A DNA stretch of 64,000 nt from an uncultured Fidelibacterota bacterium (GTDB lineage: Bacteria; Fidelibacterota; Marinisomatia; Marinisomatales; Marinisomataceae), in contig CABZHT010000003.1 of assembly GCA_902525615.1 (NCBI GenBank), forward strand, positions 37,906 through 101,905, given 5' to 3'. The number at the start of each line of letters is the position of its first letter. The stretch's first letter is position 1. Shown piece after piece: positions 58,793 to 64,000 of the stretch. The translations under genes were made by a program, and so were the position numbers. Under the pieces are notes generated by a model, which saw only the letters and a program-made list of their open reading frames with translations, was not told the origin of the DNA and made no database searches.

Positions 58793-60229
58793 ATGAATTT
58801 TAAGAAAATATTATCACAAGCAAATAGTAAAGCAGAATGGGTCGGCCTTCGTTATGTTGAAGAAAAACAAAATATTCTTTCTACTAAAAAGTTTTCATTA
58901 GACAATGTACAGCGCAATGCTACTAGGGGAGTGATGATTGATGTAATGTTAAATGGACAATTTTCTTATTATGCCACTCCATTTCTTGATGAAAAACATA
59001 TTCTTGAATGTATAGATATTGCTGTCAATAATGCCCAGCTAGCATCAAAATTTTCCGTGTTTAAATTTGATCATGACGAAGTTAGAAAAGGCTATGAAGG
59101 TACGTACAAAACAAATTTGAAGTCTCCCTTGAGTAATTTATCAGTTAACGATATAAAAGATTTAGCATTTCTTGGATCAAAAAACATGATGAATTTTGAT
59201 AAAAGAATTGTTCATGCAGCTACCACTGTAGAGCTTATTGAACGCAATACTAGAATTGTAAGCACAAATGGTGCTGATATTGATCAGAAGATGGATATTG
59301 TTTTGGTGGAATTATCATCTACAGCTCAAGATAAAAATGACTCACAAACTCGTAGTAATCACGGTATGAGAGGACATTGTTTTCAAGCTGGCGCTGAGTT
59401 TATAGAAGATTATGATATTCAATCAGAAGCAAAGCAAATATCTCATCAAGCTATTGAGTTATTAGAGGCAGATCAATGTCCAACTGAAGTATGTGATTTG
59501 GTATTGGCTCCTGATCAAATGATGTTACAAATCCATGAAAGCGTAGGGCATCCATTAGAGCTTGATAGAATTTTAGGAGATGAAAGAAATTTTGCTGGTT
59601 CAAGTTTTGTTAACCTTGAAGACTTTGGAATATTACAATATGGTTCTGAATTAATGAATATTGTTTTTGACCCTACCGTTGATAACCAGTTGGCATCGTA
59701 CAATTATGACGACGGAGGAATGCCTGCTACAAAAGAACACTTAATTAAAGATGGTGTCCTTGTTAGAGGGTTAGGCGGTATTGAAAGTCAAATACGTTCA
59801 GGAATTGACGGTGTATCAAATCTTAGAGCATCATCTTGGAATAGAATTCCAATTGATCGAATGGCAAATATTAACCTCGAGCCTGGAGTTTCAACCAAGG
59901 AAGAAATTATTGGAAGTATTGAGCGAGGTGTGTATATGAAAAGCAATCGTTCATGGTCTATTGATGATTATAGAAATAAATTCCAATTTGGGTGTGAATA
60001 TGCAAAATTGATTGAAAATGGGGAATTGACCAAAGTTGTAAAAAATCCAAATTACAGAGGAATCACTAATCCATTTTGGAGAAGTCTTTCTATGACAGGA
60101 AATGAGGATACCTATGAAGTTTTTGGTACTCCAAATTGCGGAAAAGGTGAGCCTAATCAGGTCGAGAGAGTTGGACATGCTTCTCCGTTATGTAAATTTG
60201 AGAAAGTTCAAGTATTTGGAGGAGCATAA
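58793..60229 (+). CDS. tldD: Metalloprotease TldD
   Basis: HExxxH motif in IHESVGHPLELDRI; 478 aa; paired with pmbA. Confidence 0.9.
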   Translation: MNFKKILSQANSKAEWVGLRYVEEKQNILSTKKFSLDNVQRNATRGVMIDVMLNGQFSYYATPFLDEKHILECIDIAVNNAQLASKFSVFKFDHDEVRKGYEGTYKTNLKSPLSNLSVNDIKDLAFLGSKNMMNFDKRIVHAATTVELIERNTRIVSTNGADIDQKMDIVLVELSSTAQDKNDSQTRSNHGMRGHCFQAGAEFIEDYDIQSEAKQISHQAIELLEADQCPTEVCDLVLAPDQMMLQIHESVGHPLELDRILGDERNFAGSSFVNLEDFGILQYGSELMNIVFDPTVDNQLASYNYDDGGMPATKEHLIKDGVLVRGLGGIESQIRSGIDGVSNLRASSWNRIPIDRMANINLEPGVSTKEEIIGSIERGVYMKSNRSWSIDDYRNKFQFGCEYAKLIENGELTKVVKNPNYRGITNPFWRSLSMTGNEDTYEVFGTPNCGKGEPNQVERVGHASPLCKFEKVQVFGGA

Positions 60230-61569
60230 TGAAAAAAGAAATTTTTCAAGAAATTTGCTCACAAGTATTTAGCTTTTTAGAAAATAATGAACAATTAACT
60301 ATTTATTTAGAAGGTGAGAACTCACAGTATTTTCGTTTTAATGATTCAAAGTTGCGTCAAAGTGGAATTATTGAAGATTATGCAGTGACTATTTCACTTT
60401 TTTCAGGTAAAAAATCACTTCAAGCTGCAACTACAGTATCTTCAGATATTGAAAGTTCTGTAAATAATTTAAGTAATGAAATTCATGCACTTAGAGATCC
60501 TTTATCTCTTATACCAGAAAATGAGTTTACAAGTTTTCCCGATATCTTTGAATCTGTAGAAATGATCAAGTCTGGACAATTACCAGACAGAAATGAAATA
60601 TTAGAAGCTTTAATGGATGTTATTACTAAAGATTATTTGACTGGAGTTTGGACTTCTGGTAAGATTTTTAGAGCATGTTCTACTTCAGAAGGTACAAATC
60701 ATTGGTTTGAAAAAGATTCATTTATTTTTGACTTTTCTTTAATAGATGAAAAAGAAAATATGGTAAAAGTTCTTTTTCCAGGAAGTTCTTGGGATAAAAA
60801 TAAGTTTGATGCAGCATTCGAGGAAGCGTCTCGTAAGCTGAAGCTCATGAATAAGCCAAAAATGGAGCTGAAGCCAGGAAAATACAGAGTATGGTTTGAA
60901 CCAAATGCTGTAGCAGATTTTGTTGATATGTTTAATTGGAATGGAGTAAGCGAATCTTCTTTTAGAAACGGATCAAGTTGTTTATTAAAAATGAGAAATT
61001 CTGAGCAAAAATTATCACCTTTATTTTCTTTGAATGAATCTTTCTCTTCAAGAGCAACAGCTCCTTTTAACTCCAGAGGAGAGGTTTCAAAAGATGTAAA
61101 TATTATTAATAAAGGCGAGCTTAATAATACCTTAATTAACTCTAAAACTGCTTTAGAGTACGGAATATCATCTAACTTTGCAGAAGAAGCTAATTCATGG
61201 GGTATGGGAGAATACATGAGATCACCTTTTATGGAGCCAGGAGACATTGATAAAGATGGCCGTTTGCAAAAATTAGGAACAGGTATTTTTATATCAAATA
61301 TCCATTATCTTAATTGGAGTGATTCGCTTGGAGGGAGAATTACTGGTTTGACTAGATATGCGTGTTATTGGGTTGAAGATGGTAAAATGGTTGCCCCAAT
61401 TAAAACAATGAGATTTGATGATTCGTTTTATAATTTTTTTGGAAGTAATTTAGAAGGCGTTGGAAAAGAGATTTTAGCACGACCAGTAATAGAAACTTAT
61501 GACGGAAGAAATCCTGGAGAAACCACTTGTCCAGGCATACTGGTTAATGATTTTGAATTAACTCTCTAA
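60229..61569 (+). CDS. pmbA: TldD partner protein PmbA/TldE
   Basis: 446 aa; TldD/PmbA fold without the HExxxH motif; TAATG junction with tldD. Confidence 0.85.
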   Translation: MKKEIFQEICSQVFSFLENNEQLTIYLEGENSQYFRFNDSKLRQSGIIEDYAVTISLFSGKKSLQAATTVSSDIESSVNNLSNEIHALRDPLSLIPENEFTSFPDIFESVEMIKSGQLPDRNEILEALMDVITKDYLTGVWTSGKIFRACSTSEGTNHWFEKDSFIFDFSLIDEKENMVKVLFPGSSWDKNKFDAAFEEASRKLKLMNKPKMELKPGKYRVWFEPNAVADFVDMFNWNGVSESSFRNGSSCLLKMRNSEQKLSPLFSLNESFSSRATAPFNSRGEVSKDVNIINKGELNNTLINSKTALEYGISSNFAEEANSWGMGEYMRSPFMEPGDIDKDGRLQKLGTGIFISNIHYLNWSDSLGGRITGLTRYACYWVEDGKMVAPIKTMRFDDSFYNFFGSNLEGVGKEILARPVIETYDGRNPGETTCPGILVNDFELTL

Positions 61570-61587
61570 ATCTCTATATTTCGACGC
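61553..61587 (+). promoter_or_regulatory. Putative promoter of the tRNA-Cys/tRNA-Leu(-hydrolase) unit: TTGAAT-N16-TATATT followed by the discriminator TCGACGC. The -35 element lies inside the pmbA 3' end.
   Basis: The core TAAATCTCTATATTTCGACGC is nearly identical to the tRNA-Thr promoter core TAAATCTTCTTATATTTCGTCGC at 14025-14047. It ends 12 nt before tRNA-Cys. Confidence 0.5.
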
Positions 61588-61599
61588 TATTTTAAAATT

Positions 61600-61673
61600 G
61601 GCGTCGTACCCAAGTGGTTTAAGGGACCGGTTTGCAAAACCGTTATTCGTCGGTTCGAATCCGACCGACGCCT
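61600..61673 (+). tRNA. tRNA-Cys (anticodon GCA)
   Basis: Acceptor GGCGTCG/CGACGCC, discriminator T73, anticodon loop TTGCAAA, T arm GTCGGTTCGAATCCGAC. Has an A13/A22-type D-stem mismatch, as is typical of tRNA-Cys. Confidence 0.88.
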
Positions 61674-61682
61674 CAATGTGTT

Positions 61683-61768
61683 GCCCGGGTGGTGAAATTG
61701 GTAGACACAAGGGACTTAAAATCCCTCGGAGATAATACTCCGTGCCGGTTCGAGTCCGGCCCCGGGCA
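61683..61768 (+). tRNA. tRNA-Leu (anticodon TAA), long variable arm
   Basis: Acceptor GCCCGGG/CCCGGGC, anticodon stem-loop AGGGACTTAAAATCCCT, T arm GCCGGTTCGAGTCCGGC. Confidence 0.9.
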
Positions 61769-61776
61769 CAAATCTT

Positions 61777-62529
61777 ATGAATCACTTTATTTTTTTTCAT
61801 GGAGTAGGCATTCGCTCTCATTTCTGGCACATAATAGTACCAAAACTTGAAGAAAGATCTATAGAGTATTCACTCATAGATTTAGACTTTTCTTCGTTAG
61901 ATAATGCATTTGAATCTTCAATACGGTCTGTTAAAGAAATCATGAAAAAGTATCCTGGTAGAAACTTTGTGCTCGTCGGACATAGTTTAGGAGGATTATT
62001 TGCAATTTATGTCGCTCAACAGCTTGGAGATGTCATTCATAAGTTAATTTTTGTTAATACAGGTCTTGCACCAAAGAGAGTGGCTATGAAAGCGATGCAG
62101 CAGATGCAAATCAATCGTATATCAAAATTTATTAAAAAGATTGGAATGAGAATGCTTTTTAGTGGAAAGTTGCCTAAATGGTTGACAAGATCACTTTATT
62201 TTACGGATGACACACCTGAACATATAAAAATGGAACTGTCAAAACATAAAGTACGTGAAAATCGTGCATTTCTAATGGAGCATTTCAATTCAAAAAGTAT
62301 ATGGAATTCACATTTAGAGCGTATACATTTTAGCGGTCCTGATAATGTTCTTTCGGTATTTGGAAGTAAGGATAAAACTACTCCGAAAAGAGCATTTATG
62401 TATCTTGTTAAAAAACTTAATGCATCCTATAATATTTATCAGGGAAGCGGACATAATGATATTGTCACAGCGCCTAAATACAATGATAAATTCGTTCAAG
62501 ATATAATTTTATTTGCTGATAATGTTTGA
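61777..62529 (+). CDS. Alpha/beta-fold hydrolase
   Basis: Nucleophile elbow LVGHSLGG, N-terminal FFHGVG oxyanion region, C-terminal GSGHND (catalytic His). Substrate unknown. Confidence 0.75.
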   Translation: MNHFIFFHGVGIRSHFWHIIVPKLEERSIEYSLIDLDFSSLDNAFESSIRSVKEIMKKYPGRNFVLVGHSLGGLFAIYVAQQLGDVIHKLIFVNTGLAPKRVAMKAMQQMQINRISKFIKKIGMRMLFSGKLPKWLTRSLYFTDDTPEHIKMELSKHKVRENRAFLMEHFNSKSIWNSHLERIHFSGPDNVLSVFGSKDKTTPKRAFMYLVKKLNASYNIYQGSGHNDIVTAPKYNDKFVQDIILFADNV

Positions 62530-62631
62530 TTTATATCAATATATTAAAGTACTACTTTATATATAAATTTAAACACTACAATAATCATATAATCCTTGGA
62601 TTGATATTTGCAATTTACTAATATTGTAATA

Positions 62632-63042
62632 ATGAGACCTTTTCATTTAGCCTTTCCGGTTACAGATTTGAAATCCACCAAATCCTTTTATGTAGATATA
62701 TTAAAGTGTGAAGTTGGAAGATCGTCAGATGTATGGATTGACTTCAATATGTTTGGCCATCAAGTAGTTGCTCATCTTGTCGATGAAAATAATCATCCAG
62801 CTTCAAATAGTGTTGATGGAGATGAGGTGCCTGCCTCTCATTTTGGAGTAGTATTAACTATGTCACAGTGGAAAGAGTTAAAAAATCATTTATTAGAGCA
62901 AAAAATTGAGTTCATCATCGAGCCTAAAATTCGTTTTAAAGGTGAAGCAGGTGAGCAGGCTACAATGTTTTTTAAAGACCCTTCAGGGAATGCACTTGAA
63001 TTTAAGGCATTTAATGACGATAATCAGATCTTTGCAAAGTAA
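62632..63042 (+). CDS. VOC (glyoxalase/bleomycin-resistance/dioxygenase) family protein
   Basis: Start trimmed to MRPFHLAFPVTDL; HLAFPV..FY...L, FGHQVVAHL, KDPSGNALEFK pattern. Confidence 0.7.
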   Translation: MRPFHLAFPVTDLKSTKSFYVDILKCEVGRSSDVWIDFNMFGHQVVAHLVDENNHPASNSVDGDEVPASHFGVVLTMSQWKELKNHLLEQKIEFIIEPKIRFKGEAGEQATMFFKDPSGNALEFKAFNDDNQIFAK

Positions 63043-63053
63043 GGAAAATATTT

Positions 63054-63755
63054 ATGGATAAAACAGCAGTTGCACACTGGACGCCTGAAATTGGAGGTCA
63101 GTTTTGGTGGAATGGCGTATTCTTTATTTTAATTTTTGTTCCTTTTATGTTGTTTATTGGTAAGAAATTATCTTCAAAGCAACGTGATTATATGTTGTAT
63201 GGAATGGGAGCTTATCAATTAATCAAAGTATTTACTGTTCAAATGTCCCATATTTTATCAGATAATTATATTTTAGCAACTCATCTTCCTCTGCAATTAT
63301 GTGGAATGTCAGGAATTCTTGCTGGAGTTGTAGTTTTTTATCGAAAACAAATACTGTTTGAATTTTTATACTATTTTGGTATTGTAGGATTTATCCATTC
63401 AATTTTGACCCCAGAATTTACTGGAGGTACTTCTGCTTGGAACATTTTTGATTATTACGTTGGGCATGCAATGTTGCTAATTATTCCAGTTTGGCTTATG
63501 ATGTATTATGATCAACGATTAAGACATAATGCATGGTGGACAAGTTTTATTTATTTGCAGTTGATTGTAGTGTTAGTTTCGCAGGCGAATTCTATCATTG
63601 GAAATGGTGCCAATTATATGTATTTAGCTAAGGCTCCAATAGCGGATAATCCACTAGTTCTGCAAGACCCCTACCACATAATTGGTTTTGAAATTTTTGC
63701 AATTATTCATTTTTATGTTCTTGATGTTATAGCAAGGCGGATTTTCGATAAATGA
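63054..63755 (+). CDS. Integral membrane protein, TIGR02206/YwaF-like
   Basis: About 7 TM helices; LPLQLCG, LTPEF, GHA, NYMYL motifs resemble the YwaF family as I recall it. Confidence 0.5.
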   Translation: MDKTAVAHWTPEIGGQFWWNGVFFILIFVPFMLFIGKKLSSKQRDYMLYGMGAYQLIKVFTVQMSHILSDNYILATHLPLQLCGMSGILAGVVVFYRKQILFEFLYYFGIVGFIHSILTPEFTGGTSAWNIFDYYVGHAMLLIIPVWLMMYYDQRLRHNAWWTSFIYLQLIVVLVSQANSIIGNGANYMYLAKAPIADNPLVLQDPYHIIGFEIFAIIHFYVLDVIARRIFDK

Positions 63756-64000
63756 CACTACTCTTAGCATACTTCTTCTTAGCATTATTTTTATCTTTTT
63801 TATGCTCGCTACTAGAGGCAGTTCTGCTTTCTGCACCTGCTTCATATTCATCTATTTTATCCAAACAAAATGCTTCTCAAGGAGATCGCTTAGAACGTTT
63901 TAAAGAAAACATTAATCGTCCTCTAGCAGCAATTCTAACATTAAACACATTTGCTCATACATTAGGTGCTGCGGGAGTTGGAGCGCAAACCTTAGAACTG
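63752..64000 (+). CDS. CNNM/DUF21-type transmembrane domain protein (hemolysin/CorB-like), 3'-partial
   Basis: ATGA overlap with the previous gene. MTLLLAYFFLALFLSFLCSLLEAVLLS...INRPLAAILTLNTFAHTLGAAGVGAQ resembles DUF21 N-termini. Runs off the window end. Confidence 0.5.
   Translation, partial: MTLLLAYFFLALFLSFLCSLLEAVLLSAPASYSSILSKQNASQGDRLERFKENINRPLAAILTLNTFAHTLGAAGVGAQTLEL

Noticed and set aside
61582-61606. Inverted repeat CGACGC...GCGTCG pairing the tRNA-Cys leader with the acceptor stem, considered as a pmbA terminator or processing hairpin
   Set aside because: The left arm is better explained as the GC-rich discriminator of the conserved tRNA promoter core and would lie at or before the TSS. 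There is also no U-tract.
61558-61850. ORFs 61558-61830 (-) and 61632-61850 (+)
   Set aside because: They span tRNA-Cys and tRNA-Leu(TAA). GC-rich tRNA sequence in AT-rich DNA creates stop-free frames.
1-64000. Search for CRISPR arrays, transposases, integrases, phage genes, toxin-antitoxin or defence cassettes, long direct or inverted repeats, rRNA genes, introns or inteins in rpoB/rpoC/tRNA-Leu
   Set aside because: None seen. Gene lengths are normal for their families, and every ORF of at least 100 aa outside known genes is accounted for. The window is core housekeeping DNA.

Overview
This is a visibly AT-rich, very compact bacterial chromosome segment using genetic code 11. I call 79 CDS and 9 tRNA genes, and none of the tRNA genes encodes a 3' CCA. 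Neighbouring genes mostly abut or overlap by 1-17 nt, often as ATGA or TAATG junctions, and everything from nt 1 to 43760 is on the + strand.

Gene order:
- A 5'-partial batA-batB-batC-batD-batE (Bacteroides-aerotolerance-type) operon, followed by a SPOR-domain gene.
- yebC-ruvC-ruvA-gcvT-ftsK, a LolA-like gene, a GmhB-like HAD phosphatase, ddl and cysS.
- The classic tRNA Thr-Tyr-Gly-Thr-tuf block, then rpmG, tRNA-Trp, secE-nusG-rplKAJL-rpoBC.
- rpsL-rpsG-fusA fused without gaps to the S10/spc/alpha ribosomal operons, ending at rplQ. This run includes secY, map, infA and rpmJ, and has no adk.
- An MsrC-like GAF gene (minus strand), a sulfotransferase, tRNA(CAT), gdhA, pgk-tpiA-secG-tRNA-Leu, a TPR protein, a HAD hydrolase, acpS, murA, trkA-trkH and uvrC.
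- A CBS-like PLP enzyme and hsp20 (both minus strand), tldD-pmbA, tRNA-Cys, tRNA-Leu, an alpha/beta hydrolase, a VOC protein, a TIGR02206-like membrane protein and a 3'-partial CNNM/DUF21 protein.

I found no mobile element, CRISPR array, defence locus or other accessory island, and no convincing novel multi-gene system. The window is core housekeeping DNA.

The signals most worth a second look are regulatory or translational:
- A perfect sigma54 -24/-12 consensus upstream of hsp20. It overlaps an anti-SD/SD hairpin.
- ddl and uvrC have conserved N-terminal domains that lie in frame upstream of any ATG/GTG/TTG, so they probably start at ATT.
- Three translation-apparatus promoters share TATATT followed by a GC-rich discriminator.
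- A GC-rich 9-mer, CCTACGCGT, is shared by the two largest promoter regions.
- A CDS 3' end runs antisense through a tRNA gene, and two convergent gene pairs have zero or negative spacing.

All calls were made by eye from the sequence and the ORF track. No database search was run.
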